From Eledone cirrhosa (taxonomy: Eukaryota), in assembly GCA_964016885.1 (NCBI GenBank), contig OZ024751.1:51646001-51710000 (forward strand): a DNA stretch of 64,000 nucleotides, read 5' to 3'. This document shows, piece after piece, positions 27,531 through 40,747 of the stretch; position 1 is the first letter of the stretch, and every line of letters starts with the position of its first letter. Position numbers and translations under genes: made by a program. Below the pieces are notes generated by a model. That model was given only the letters and a program-made list of their open reading frames with translations. It was not told the origin of the DNA and ran no database searches.

Positions 27531-28141
27531 GTTATCATATACATAAAATTATATATATATATAAAGGTTATCATATACATAAAATTAAATAATCTCCCAA
27601 TTGGTTGAGATTAAATTTGGCGATATGTGGCTGCGCTTTCTAGCAGCAGGCCTGCCCGCCGTAAGCAACCAAATCACACGGTTTCTCTCTGGCTGGTACA
27701 CAGCTACATAGCGATTTTAGCCATTTTTGAATCTAAATTTGGCGCGATCGGTTAGAAAAACTAAATGTCTGTTTTTGAGTTTGTCTCCTGATGATCCTAA
27801 CTCTGGATAATTCATATTATTTGGATGTCCTAAATAAGGAAGAAACCATGGTAGAGATATAATTACGGTATGTGCGCATTTCTTCTAAGTTTAATTTTAC
27901 TACTAATTGTGTGTGGTTGATGGTATATTTGGTCGGATTCTGCATGCTGCCGAAATGTTGGATAAATAATGGAACGGGGCTGCCGCGAAGAGGCTACGAT
28001 CAATTGTTTATCAGAGATTTCCCCATAAGAAAATTTATTCTTAAAGCTAGCTGGATTTGATTTTGTATATGGTTAATTATGCTAATTAGAAGAAGAAATA
28101 GTATATATTTTAATATCTGATGATTCTATAGACATGATTTA

Positions 28142-28199
<58 letters not shown>

Positions 28200-28202
<3 letters not shown>

Positions 28203-28339
28203 GATAAATCTACCAAGAGTTTACGGTAGTGTCCAATCCGTATGAAGAACTCAATGTAATCCGGATATCATGGAAAGAAGAGATGCAATGAAAAATCACT
28301 TTCGGTGAAAGATAAACGGAATACAGAGTCAAGATAAAT
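28200..28339 (-). mobile_element. Family B truncated copy
   Basis: Near-identical to 33101-33240; (TA)n flanks. Confidence 0.75.
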
Positions 28340-28354
28340 ATATATATATATATG

Positions 28355-28403
<49 letters not shown>

Positions 28404-28406
28404 GTG

Positions 28407-28489
<83 letters not shown>

Positions 28490-28530
28490 ATATATGTACG
28501 TATATGTGTATATATGTATATATATATATA

Positions 28531-29044
28531 TTTCGTTTCTGAATTTGTTTAGCAAGATTCTTTATCTGAAAACGTGTGTTGAAACCGATATTGTTATACT
28601 TTGGGAGGGTCATGTTGCCAATAAGAAACACACGCACCAGTTGTTTTCACTTCAAGTTATTATAATAAATTTATAAATTTAGGAATTTATAAATTTCCGG
28701 TTGGTTGGTTGGTTCCACAACCAGATGATTGTTTATATATTGTCAAAGTTCTTTCGTCACACAATCTGTGACCTACGTCATCTTGTTTTTGTCAAAAACA
28801 AGATGGCGTAGGACAGAACAAAGGAGAGGCACAAAAACAAAGAAAAGAGTCCCCAGTCACTGAAGAGGTCACAGATTGTGTGACGAAAGAACTTTGACAA
28901 TATATAAACAATCATCTGGTTGTGGAACCAACCAACCAACCGGAAATTTATAAATTCCTAAATTTATAAATTTATTATAATAAATTGAAGTGAAAACAAC
29001 TGGTGCGTGTGTTTCTTATTGGCAACATGACCCTCCCAAAGTAT

Positions 29045-29051
<7 letters not shown>
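28531..29051. mobile_element. Family C fold-back element
   Basis: Inverted arms ~28588-28774 / 28866-29051, internal hairpin 28773-28812, (TA)n flanks. Confidence 0.85.
28856..28898 (+). ncRNA. Minimal type I hammerhead motif (family C)
   Basis: GTCA-CTGAAGA-G-GTCAC-AGATTGT-GTGAC-GAAA-GAAC-TT-TGAC: stem I GTCA/TGAC, stem II GTCAC/GTGAC, vestigial stem III. Confidence 0.7.
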
Positions 29052-29072
<21 letters not shown>

Positions 29073-29082
<10 letters not shown>

Positions 29083-29430
29083 AGATCAAAAGATGGTTAA
29101 AAGAGTTCCATGTATTTTATTATGCGCATTTCAAAAACAAATATCATCATGCAATAACATTTGCGTTTTCGTCAGATAAAATAGGGAGACATGATATGAA
29201 GGTTAAAACACACTTGTGAATAGTGCAGTTTTAAATCAACATATGAAAAGTAGTTTTCATATGTTGATTTAAAACTGCACTATTCACAAGTGTGTTTTAA
29301 CCTTCATATCATGTCTCCCTATTTTATCTGACGAAAACGCAAATGTTATTGCATGATGATATTTGTTTTTGAAATGCGCATAATAAAATACATGGAACTC
29401 TTTTAACCATCTTTTGATCTTATATATTAT
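29073..29430. mobile_element. Family D near-perfect palindrome (177-bp arms, 4-nt loop)
   Basis: 29073-29249 is the reverse complement of 29254-29430. Confidence 0.9.
29320..29390 (+). ncRNA. Type I hammerhead ribozyme (family D); mirror copy at 29113-29183 on the minus strand
   Basis: TATTTTAT-CTGACGA-AAACGCAAATGTTATT...GATGATATTTGTTTTT-GAAA-TGCGCA-TA-ATAAAATA: 8-bp stem I, long stem II, palindromic stem III, AUA triplet. Confidence 0.85.
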
Positions 29431-29514
29431 TTATACTCCAGTCCTACAAACTGTAGAGTGCTACTTATCCGATATCTGCATTGCTTTATTGTACTACAAT
29501 AAAACTCACCTCCT

Positions 29515-29615
<101 letters not shown>

Positions 29616-29703
29616 TTATATAAACAAATACATATACATGCACACATATATGTGTGTGTACATGCGTGCTTGTATCATTTGTGTATGTATGAGTGATTGT
29701 ATG

Positions 29704-29813
<110 letters not shown>

Positions 29814-30461
29814 TGTGTCTGTGTGTGTGTCTATCTGAGTCTGTGTGTGTGTGTCTAGGAAGTAAGGTCTGTGTCTGTCTTTTGTCTGTCTGTTTGTCTG
29901 TCTGTATGTATGTCTGTCTGTATGTGTGTTTGTAGGAAGTAAAGAATACACGAAGATAAGAACGATAAAGTTACATATATCAATTTTCCATCAAAAGTAC
30001 AGACCTGTTTCGGCCTAGAGGGGTTTTATCAATTTAAAGTAATAAAACAGCATGTGTTCTTTTATAGATTGGTAAAATACTGCTTTTATTAGATAGTAAT
30101 GCATATAGTGAAAAATAACAAGTTTCAATATACAACATCGATGTGAGTAAGGTTTACATAAATGTGTTTATAGGAAAAATATTATGCATATATTTGTGTT
30201 CTTACAAGTCAAGTGAATAATTCATGATTGTAGTAAATAATGTTATTAACATATGTGACTTGGCGAGAAAGGATATAATGACTTGCTGTTTCGTTCGCCT
30301 AAACCGTGTCCCGTTTTGTGACGAGCTGTAAGAAAGAAGGAAAATAGCTTCGGCTCTGTGTTGAGTTCTGAGTAAAGAAGTAGCAAAAAAAACATCTTGC
30401 ACAGATACATCATGGCTGGCGGGTGCTATATGTGTGTGTCAGTATGTGTGTGTGAGAGAGA

Positions 30462-30514
<53 letters not shown>

Positions 30515-30560
30515 TATAGAAAACGAAGAATCAGTAATGCATCGAAACACAATTTATTAG

Positions 30561-30651
30561 CGTATTACAATTGTTTCTCCGGTGAACAGCTCGAGGTACG
30601 ATCTATTTGTGGATCCAACCTGACTCTGGATTCGCAAGTTCCTCAGATACG
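30561..30651 (-). ncRNA. Hammerhead-like motif (family J)
   Basis: Minus strand CGTAT-CTGAGGA-(~62 nt)-GAAA-CAATTG-TA-ATACG. Stems I and III are clear; the base of stem II is poorly paired. Confidence 0.6.
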
Positions 30652-30680
30652 TCTAGCGACTTCGAAACAAATCTTCCGTT

Positions 30681-30721
<41 letters not shown>

Positions 30722-30920
30722 CTGTTTGAGCTGGGGGCTGTCAAAACTGTGATATATGTAACATTAAAATCATTGGACCGGTGCACCGTTGGGCATAGGA
30801 AGAAGATAGCTACTGCTGGCTGATTGGTTTATTCGTTGGCTGGTTTGTAGGTTGGTTGGCTTGTATGTTGGTTGGTTAGCTGTATGGCTGGCTTGTAGGT
30901 TGGTTGGTTGGCTGGCTTGT

Positions 30921-30996
<76 letters not shown>

Positions 30997-31518
30997 GAGA
31001 GAGTGGAGGGAAAGGTTGCGGAGAGCAACAAATTATTTTGAGTTAGGCCTTATATTGGTCTGTGGTTGAGCATTAAAATGGGTGATAAACGGTGACACAC
31101 TAAGAAGTTACCTGCTGCATGACGGCCACTACATAAACCTCTTCTAAATTACAGAGGAGGACAGAAATTAATGTACATCAAAACAAAACAATGTAACAAA
31201 AAAGCAAATGATAGTACAAATATATGAAAAGAAATTAATGATACAGATTGTGAATCGTGAATCGACCAAGGGAGTGACAGCAGTCTACAATGAACATGTG
31301 CGAAATATTCCACTCTGGAAGGGAATATCTGCATGTTGTGTACGCAAGTATTCAACTAAGTCTCCGTGCATAATATGTGCCCAATATGCAAATGAGTCTT
31401 TCATGTGTATACAGAAATGGGTAAAATGCAAATAGATTTGTATGGTGCGAACATAGCTTGTACTTTCATACAAAGAAATTTAATGATGTTAGTATTTTGC
31501 AAACACATACACACACGC

Positions 31519-31552
<34 letters not shown>

Positions 31553-31755
31553 ATGTGGGTGGGTGGGTGTGAATGTATGTTTGCAAAATACTAATATCGT
31601 GCAATTTCTCTCTCTATATATATACATATATATATATATTATATACACACGCATACACACACACACTTATATGTATATGTATATAAAAAAGTTCGTCAAC
31701 GAATAATTTTACTTTACCCTCAACTTAAAGTAAAGTAAAATTATTCGTTGACAAA

Positions 31756-31802
31756 CTTCCTGATGATTTCTCACGAATGAAACAGTTCTAGTCCTGTAGA
31801 AG
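31756..31802 (+). ncRNA. Type I hammerhead ribozyme (family E)
   Basis: CTTC-CTGATGA-T-TTC-TCAC-GAA-T-GAAA-CAG-TTCTAGTC-CTG-TA-GAAG with GUA triplet. Preceded by a 29-bp hairpin at 31689-31758. Confidence 0.8.
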
Positions 31803-31805
31803 CTC

Positions 31806-31894
<89 letters not shown>

Positions 31895-31897
31895 AAT

Positions 31898-32051
31898 AAG
31901 TTTATCCCGGGTTCAATTGGGGTAACTACAGTAAGTAAGGTACTCAAAACATAACAAAGTAAATAATTAATATTGAAATGGCTTCTACAGGACGACTAGA
32001 AGGCTCCCTGGTGATTTCTCTCCCTTCTTTTAGAAGCCATTTCTATATTAT
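31898..32051. mobile_element. Rearranged family E copy; inverted partner at 32872-33034
   Basis: Both copies share the private junction CAGGACGACTAGAAGGCT in opposite orientation. Confidence 0.75.
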
Positions 32052-32069
32052 ATATATGTATGTATATAT

Positions 32070-32142
<73 letters not shown>

Positions 32143-32153
32143 ATTATTATTAT

Positions 32154-32624
32154 TATACTTTGGGAGGGTCATGTTGCCAATAAGAAACACACGCACCAGT
32201 TGCTTTCACTTCAATTTATTATAATAAATTTACAAATTTAGGAATTTATAAATTTCCAGTTGGTTGGTTGGTTGGTTCCACAACCAGATTGTGTTTTATA
32301 TATTGTTAAAGTTATTTCGTCACACATTCTGTGACCTCTTCAGTGACTGGGGATTCTTTTCTTAGAAAAGAATCCCCAGTCACTGAAGAGGTCACATAAT
32401 GTGTGACGAAAGAACTTTGACAATATATAAACAACCATCTGGTTGTGGAACCAACCAACCGGAAATTTATAAATTCCTAAATTTATAAATTTATTATAAT
32501 AAATTGAAGTGAAAGCAACTGGTGCGTGTGTTTCTTATTGGCAACATGACCCTCCCAAAGTATAACAATATCGGTTTCAACACAAGTTTTCAGATAAAGA
32601 ATCTTGCTAAACAAATTCAGAAAC

Positions 32625-32627
<3 letters not shown>
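32154..32627. mobile_element. Family C palindrome with back-to-back HHR motifs (axis 32363; + HHR 32379-32421, degenerate - HHR 32305-32347)
   Basis: ...CTCTTCAGTGACTGGGGATTCTTTTCT-t-AGAAAAGAATCCCCAGTCACTGAAGAG...; arms about 208 bp. Confidence 0.85.
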
Positions 32628-32697
<70 letters not shown>

Positions 32698-32784
32698 AAT
32701 ATAAATTAGCGAGAATCGTACTTCAGCTCAGGAATTAACGAAAATCAACTTCCGAGATGTGTGGCAAGCGCTCGATGATTCATT

Positions 32785-32876
<92 letters not shown>

Positions 32877-33036
32877 GAAATGGCTTCTAAAAGAACTGTT
32901 TCATTCGGGAGAAATCACCAGGAAGCCTTCTAGTCGTCCTGTAGAAGCCATTTCAATATCAATTATTTATACTTTGTTATGTTTTCAGTACCTTACTTAC
33001 TGTAGTTACCCCTAATTGAACCCGGGATAAACTTAT

Positions 33037-33103
<67 letters not shown>

Positions 33104-33288
33104 GATAAATCTACCAAGAGTTTACGGTAGTGTCCAATCCGTATGAAGAACTCAATGTATTCCGGATATCATGGAAAGAAGAGATGTAATGAAAAACCAC
33201 TTTCGGTGAAAGATAAACGGTATACAGAGTCAAGATAAAATATTAAACAAATAATGAATAAACAATTCCTTATATTAAACAAAAAAAG

Positions 33289-33443
33289 TTCATTATTTAA
33301 CGATCGTTTCTAGGATATATATGTGTTAGAATTGGTATGCATATTCAACAGATCTATGTACAAAATTATACAAAATTATACAAATTATCAAGATTAAATA
33401 TACATACCAAACACATATATACGCCGTCTTCAGAAATAATGAA
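33289..33443 (-). ncRNA. Type I hammerhead with ~116-nt stem II domain (family B; element 33101-33443)
   Basis: Minus strand TTCATTATTT-CTGAAGA-CGGCG-TATATATGTGT-TTGGTATG...CATACCAA...ACACATATATA-TCCTA-GAAA-CGATCG-TT-AAATAATGAA, with a perfect 10-bp stem I. Confidence 0.75.
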
Positions 33444-33723
33444 GTATATTTATTGATAATAACAACAATTCAAAATTTCAGGTCCGTTTGGGAACAAAAA
33501 TTGACCAATGAAAACACAAAGGGTTAAATGCAGTTCGGTGTGTGTATATACATGTAAAACCCTTACACATATTTTACAAAAATGTATGTATAAATTGTAT
33601 ACGCATACTAAAAGGATGGATGCAAATACAAAAATTTCAAGGTTAATGTCTCTGTGAGTTATTGACACTTATGAAGTTAAATATATAAATATATTTTTTC
33701 ATACTCACACATATCCGTACAAT

Positions 33724-33848
<125 letters not shown>

Positions 33849-33851
33849 GAG

Positions 33852-33898
33852 CTTCTACAGGACTAGAACTGTTTCATTCGTGAGAAATCATCAGGAAG
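33852..33898 (-). ncRNA. Type I hammerhead ribozyme (family E), inverted twin of 31756-31802
   Basis: 33845-33969 is a near-exact reverse complement of 31685-31810. Confidence 0.8.
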
Positions 33899-34068
33899 TT
33901 TGTCAACGAATAATTTTACTTTACTTTAAGTCGAGGGTAAAGTAAAATTATTCGTTGACGAACTTTTTTCATTATGAAAATTGCTGCCTGGAAAAATCCG
34001 TCAGCTGTTGTTGTTTCGCTGCATAACTGTCACTGCTTTCGGTGGCGATGATAGTCTCCTAGAAAACA

Positions 34069-34271
34069 AACATTAGGTCGAAGATTGGGATAACTTCCTT
34101 ATAAAACGAACATTTGGTCGAAGATTGGGATAACTTCCTTATAAAACGAACATTTGGTCGAAGATTGGGATAACTTCCTTATAAAACGAACATTTGGTCG
34201 AAGATTGGGATAACTTCCTTATAAAACGAACATTTGGTCGAAGATTGGGATAACTTCCTTATAAAACGAAC
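34069..34271. repeat. 40-bp tandem repeat, 5 copies
   Basis: AAGATTGGGATAACTTCCTTATAAAACGAACATTTGGTCG; identical copies with no spacers. Confidence 0.95.
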
Positions 34272-34544
34272 AGAAGAATGGTTGTTTGTTCGAAAATCGA
34301 AGTCACCAATGCAGATGATAAGGGATATAGCAATAAATCTCGATATATCAGTTTTTCCATTGTTTGCTATGTATGTACCAGACGACAGAGCTCTTGCGAC
34401 GTAAAGGAAACTAACATTCAAACTAATCAAACGGCGTGACTTCTTAGAAAGCCTTTTTTTAAACGGGCTCAAATTACCCAGTGATGAATACAGTGGAAAA
34501 TAACAAGTTACAATATACATTAATGTTTATAAAGATTAGAAGAA

Positions 34545-34710
34545 TCAGTAGAGCGTCGGACAAAAAAAAACATTGCTGAATTCTGGTTCTTTTACGTTCT
34601 GAGTTCAAATCCTGTCGTGATCAATTCTGCTTTTCTTTACACCGGAGTCGATAAAGTAAAGTACCAGTCAAGCAAAATTTGATGGTCTTGTGCCTAAATT
34701 AGAAATCAAT
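34545..34710 (+). mobile_element. tRNA-derived SINE
   Basis: GTAGAGCGTCGG, GAGTTCAAATCC and GTCGATAAAGTAAAGTACCAG. Confidence 0.75.
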
Positions 34711-35100
34711 ATACATTAATGTATAAAGTAAAGTTTACCTAGATAAATGTATTTATAAGGAAAATATTATGCATAAATTTGTGCTTGTATAAATCAATGA
34801 CCTAGCGGAAAGACATAGGACCACCAACCTAACTGAAAGAAATACCATTGTAGCTCTCTGGTGAGTTTTGTTTAAAGAATTAGAGAGGACAGCTAACTCG
34901 TGGCTGCCGGGTATCGAATGAACCACAGAGACATTATTTTGACCATGTACATATATATAGCCAAAATGGCTTCCCGAACACCGATTTGTGATTGGTTAAA
35001 ACTGGTGAAAAACAGTAAAACATTAAAAAGTCATCTGTTAGCAGAGGGGTGCCGCTAAACACTCGTATATACACACACTTACACACACACACATATATAT

Positions 35101-35151
<51 letters not shown>

Positions 35152-35154
35152 CAT

Positions 35155-35190
<36 letters not shown>

Positions 35191-35660
35191 TTACATATCG
35201 GTTTATGTAACTGGGAAAATGACATATAAAGTTCCACATACAAGTACATGTATAATGAACAGATAGATATATAGATAGATAGATAGATACATAGATAGAT
35301 ACATAGATAGATAGAACATGTATGTTTAAATATACATATATATATGCATATATATATATATCTTTCTCTTTCTCCCACTCTTTCTATCTCTCTATCTATC
35401 CCTCTTTCTCTCTCTTCCCTCCTCTCTCACTCCCCCATTTCTCTCTCCCTCTCTGCCCCTCTCTCGTTATATATATATATATATATATGTGTGTGTTCTC
35501 CAACATGTTATTTATCTATGAACGTCTTCTTACACGCAAGATACATTTATCCCTGTAAGTATGGTATATCACTGAAGTTATGTGAAGGCACGCGCACACA
35601 CACACTTGTATATTTATATATATGTGTCTATCTGAACACACACACACATATATATATACG

Positions 35661-35755
<95 letters not shown>

Positions 35756-35802
35756 GAACATATATACATATATATATATATATATATTAAAATAACAGAT
35801 TA

Positions 35803-35855
35803 AAGTTTAAGCAAAGAATCGCTGCTTTCACCCTTAACGGGATCTTCTGAAACTT
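35803..35855 (-). ncRNA. Hammerhead-like motif with CAGAAGA core (family A)
   Basis: Minus strand AAGTTT-CAGAAGA-T-CCC-GTTAA-GGG-T-GAAA-GCA-GCGATTCTT-TGC-TT-AAACTT. All three stems form, but U4 is replaced by A. Confidence 0.55.
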
Positions 35856-36235
35856 GGATTTTAGTCTTCAAATTTATTATTATTATTATTATTATATATA
35901 TATATAATATATATATATATTATATATATATATAATAATAATAATAATAATAAATGTATATATATACATATATACGTATATATATATATATATATACGTA
36001 TATATATGAACATATATACATAAATATACATATGAATATATATATATATATGAACATATATTATATATATATATACATATATATATTATACGTATGCATA
36101 AATATGTATATATGTACATATATGCGTGTGTACGCGTGTGTATACGCGTGTTTTCGAGGATATGTAGTAGAGCCGATGACGTCAGAGAGATGGGGATAAA
36201 GGCAGAGAGAGAGAGACAGGCAGATATATATATAT

Positions 36236-36301
<66 letters not shown>

Positions 36302-36918
36302 TCAGTCAGTCAGACAGACAGATAGACAAAGAAAGGGTGAGGTAGCGGTGGGATGATGAAGGAGGAAATATATCGTAACGTTTGGAGTATCAACATAACC
36401 TTATCCGAAGACATAAAATCGAAGTGTAATACGCTATTGATTGTTTTTGCATCGCTTTTTGTTGCACTGTGCTACTTGTAAAGCTTCTCTCTATAGTATT
36501 CACTAACCCTGTGACGTCACCTCGAAAAAATATATATATCTGTTATCTAAAAAACATTTTTTTTTTAATCATGGCCTAGAATGCGCATGCGTCGAAGTTG
36601 CGAATTCCTCCAGACACACATCATCCCTTTTTTTTTTTTTTTTTTTTTTTTGCCAAGAATTGAAAAGAGTTAAAAGTTTAAAATATTCACACATGCAAAC
36701 ACACATATATAGATATTATCTCGAAAATTAAGGACATTTAAATAAATCTAAGGTAAAAGACTAATTGTCAACAATATCTTTTGCATTTGCATTCTTTATT
36801 CTATGTCCATACCTGCATTGTTTTGGCTTTATTATACATATACAAACGCTTATATATATATATATGTATGTATATATAATATATATATATATATATATAT
36901 TATGTATATGTATGTATG

Positions 36919-36965
<47 letters not shown>

Positions 36966-37154
36966 GTTATTCCGGGTTGAATCGGAGGTAACCACAGTAA
37001 GTAAGGTACTCAATACATTGCAGAGTATAAAAGTTTTAATATAGATGAGATTCTACAGGACTAGAACTGTTTCATTCTTTAGAAATTATCAGGAATCCTG
37101 ATGATTTCTAAAGAATGAAACAGCTCTAGTCCTGTAGAATCTCATCTATATTAA

Positions 37155-37160
<6 letters not shown>
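36966..37160. mobile_element. Family E palindrome with two divergent HHR motifs, axis 37095
   Basis: ...AGAAATTATCAGGA-a-TCCTGATGATTTCT...; arms ~37032-37094 / 37096-37158. Confidence 0.85.
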
Positions 37161-37226
<66 letters not shown>

Positions 37227-37356
37227 GTATGTATATATATATATATGGGTGGGGGTGTATGAGTGTGTGTGTGTATGTATGCATGTATAGTAGAGGGAAT
37301 TAGAAAATACAAGAGAATAAACAAACAAAATGATGTTGCTGATGTTTATGATGGAA

Positions 37357-37424
<68 letters not shown>

Positions 37425-37429
37425 AATAA

Positions 37430-38108
37430 TTGTTTCTACATTTGGCACAAGACCACTAATTACCCCAGTGCATTACTGGTGCTTTATTTTATGGACCCCG
37501 TAAGGTTGAAAGGTAAAGTTAACCTCGGTGGGATTTGAACTCAGATCATAAAGGGACGTAACTCTATGCTGCTGCAAAGCATAGCGTCCAACCTTCTACC
37601 AATATTGCGAATCCACTGCCAGAAAAGGGTGCTTAGTTGATTTTTGTCGATGCCCAGACTATTCCAAAGAACTCTGTTCCTTTTATCGACCACTAAACTC
37701 TCTATAGAACGCCAAGTGGGAGTTTCCACCGATCGTATTGCCCGGTTGGTAGAGAGCTGTAAAAACATTCCGATTTCCAAGCGCTCCCTCTCAGTCTTCG
37801 CTTGACTCCGGATTACAGCTCAGTCAAGGGGACGACTTGAGGAAACATGTACCTAGTGAATGGCGACTACACACACACCCTGTTCACAGTTAAAGAAAAG
37901 AATGGTTTCTGATTTAGGCACAAGACCAGCGATTTGGAGGGAGGGGAAAGTCGACTAAATCGACCCCAGTGCGTGACTGGTACTTTATTTTATCGACCCC
38001 GTAAGGATGAAAAGCAAAGTTAACCACGGCGGGATTTGAACTCAGATCATAAATGGCCGTAACTCTATGCTGCAAAGCATGGTGTCCGACCCTCTACCGA
38101 TACTGCCA
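37430..38108 (-). mobile_element. Two tRNA-derived SINE copies (37430-37620, 37903-38108)
   Basis: Same family as 18778-19178 and 44322-44455. Confidence 0.8.
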
Positions 38109-38500
38109 AAATGAAATGGCGTAGCCTCAGCGCATGTTTGTACATCTTCAACCATGGCATTAACATGCAGCTGTTGACAGCAGAGGGACCGCCTGACCAT
38201 CAGAAGGTATCCCTTCTACAAGAACTGAGAGAACAAACGCTCCAGTGCAATCAGACAAAACATAGGACAAGGCACTACAGTCAGGCAGTACTAGATGACG
38301 GACGCCATGTACATTTTAACTTTATCATTCTTTAATTTGGGTGGGTTTCTTCCACTAATGTATATACGTCATTCGATCTGATATATAATTACACACGCAC
38401 ACGCACGCACGCACGCACACACACACACACACACATATCTATCTATGTATATAAATATATATATATATATATAATTACAAGAGTGACATAAAGAGGTACG

Positions 38501-38545
38501 AGGTACTCAAGTTTCGTTGGGTTCTGCGCCCAATTCATTCAGCCT
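38501..38545 (-). ncRNA. Hammerhead-like motif (family N), core with 1-nt insertion
   Basis: Minus strand AGG-CTGAATGA-A-TTGGG-CGCAGAA-CCCAA-C-GAAA-CTTGAG-TA-CCT. Confidence 0.5.
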
Positions 38546-38724
38546 GTCATGAGAAAAATAAAAACAAAGATGACCGCCTATCGTTGATTGTGCTTTCCTT
38601 ATAGGAATATATATATATTGACAGTCGATCGACTTTTGTGAAATCGGACCGAGGAAACAATGTTTCCATTGGTCTTTCTAATTGCTAATACTCTATATCG
38701 GTCGCAACTCCAGGTAGAAGGAGC

Positions 38725-38820
38725 GACGTGAAATAAAGTGTCTTGCCCAAGGCCCGGGAATCGAACTCACAACCTCACGATTGAGAATCCAAATCTCTAA
38801 CCACTCAGCCACGCACCTTC
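38725..38820 (-). mobile_element. Second tRNA-related SINE family
   Basis: GTCTTGCCCAAGG...GGAATCGAACTC...CTAACCACTCAGCCAC (reverse B and A boxes). Degraded relative at ~43400-43500. Confidence 0.65.
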
Positions 38821-38834
38821 ACTGTATATATATG

Positions 38835-38866
<32 letters not shown>

Positions 38867-40348
38867 GATATAGATATATATATGTATATATATATATGTA
38901 TATATAGTATTAATTAATTAATTAATTAATTATAGTATTAATTAGTATTAATACTATTGAACTGCACTACATTAGTATTAATATTATTGAACTGCACTAC
39001 ACCGCTCTATAGATAGTTTAAGCATGAATTGATTGTCTCGTTAGTGTTGTGCGGAGGAAGTACCATCGTTGGACAGATGAAAAACGAATTAATCTAGTAA
39101 CGCTGATGAGCAGTATGACCGGTACGCTGAGTGCAGGGAATGAATCTATTGCAAGTGGCATATGGGTTGTACATATATGGATGATTTGATCGTCAGATTG
39201 GGGTCAGGAGGACTGCGGATTGACCTCTGGTCGGCCCTGGTGATTATCTTTCGACATCCAATGTAGCAAGTGATGACCCGGAACTTACCAGAGATCATTG
39301 TGTGTTGAAATGATTCTGCAATCACCGCGCCGGGTCCTTTGAGTAGACTGCAACCACAGAGATCATTAATTTAGAACCCTCGCTCGTCGTCTATAATATT
39401 CATTTGTGGCACCCTACGATGGGGATTAATCCCCATAATAATACGAACACCTTCAGCACAACTTAATAGACTACTCTATAGTTAAAACACTTTAAGTTTT
39501 GGAAATTTCTTAGAAATTGCGCATAACCATAGAAGTTAGGGTCTATTTTGAGACACATTTCAATAGTTAGTAATAGAAACCTCGGAGTTACCTCCCCTCA
39601 TGCATTAACTCCCCTTAGCCACACACACACTTCCGGGTAATATTTCGATGTCGATTCTCGAAACGTAACATCCTCCTGCAGTGAACTAAAGAACATCAGA
39701 CTACGATTCTCTAACTGGATTGTCAAACGCTCAATATCGAATCGTCGTGGATTATGTGAGGGGCATATAATCTGAAAAATGCACTCCCCAGACTATGTAA
39801 ATGTCGAAGTACATGAGTTCCATATCATCCCTCCACTGCGCATTTCCAATATTTTAAATATTTTTAATGCTTGCACTATTTGTAATGCTTATATTATTTC
39901 TCCACACACAGACTATAACAATCCTATAAAGAATTTGTCACCAGATCAACCAACCCAACACTCTTGTTTACCTACTTAAGGGCTTCTACTACACGTAACT
40001 CTCTGCCACACTATATAAACAAGACGCACGTGCTTGCCACACATATAACCTTTGCACTCTATAACCGCTTATTTTCATGTTGTACTTTAACCTGTATTTT
40101 TGATTGTATCTTTTAATATGAATGTAATCTCTAAGTGTGTACTGCCACTCTAAATGCTGTAATGAATGTTGACCCACAATATTTGCATATGTATCTATAT
40201 GTCTCTTGGGTGAAAAGGAGGTCATATAAGTGTTCACTCATTAATAAATTGCTCCGAAGAATCCAAACCTCGGTTTGGAGGAAACAGTTGTAAGCATAAA
40301 AAATGTTTTGAACAGTTCTTTGATTCTTATAATTCATATGTATATATA

Positions 40349-40450
<102 letters not shown>

Positions 40451-40534
40451 TACATATATATATATATTCAATATATAAACATATATATATATATTGAATA
40501 ATCAAGACCGTAGCGGTATGTCATATATCAAATC

Positions 40535-40603
40535 ATATATTTTGTCTGATGAGGACGTACTGAAACAACACAGTACCTTTGAAATATATATAATAAAGTA
40601 TAT
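40535..40603 (+). ncRNA. Type I hammerhead ribozyme (family K)
   Basis: ATATATTTTGT-CTGATGA-GGAC-GTACTG-AAACAACA-CAGTAC-CTTT-GAAA-TATATA-TA-ATAAAGTATAT: 11-bp stem I with two G-U pairs, palindromic stem III, AUA triplet. Confidence 0.75.
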
Positions 40604-40678
40604 ATTTTGATTATGCGAATATTTTTCATTTGTTAACATTTTGAATAATATGTATATATGTATATATGTGTGTATATA

Positions 40679-40744
<66 letters not shown>

Positions 40745-40747
<3 letters not shown>

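Noticed and set aside
27783-27815. CTGATGA-TCC-TAACTCT-GGA partial hammerhead
   Set aside because: No GAAA or stems I and III follow.
29996-30040. Minus-strand TTGATAA...GGCC-GAAA-CAGG-TC, a possible second U3-A8 hammerhead
   Set aside because: Stems I and II do not pair convincingly; at best a decayed copy.
34069-34271. 40-bp repeats as a CRISPR array
   Set aside because: Contiguous identical units with no spacers.
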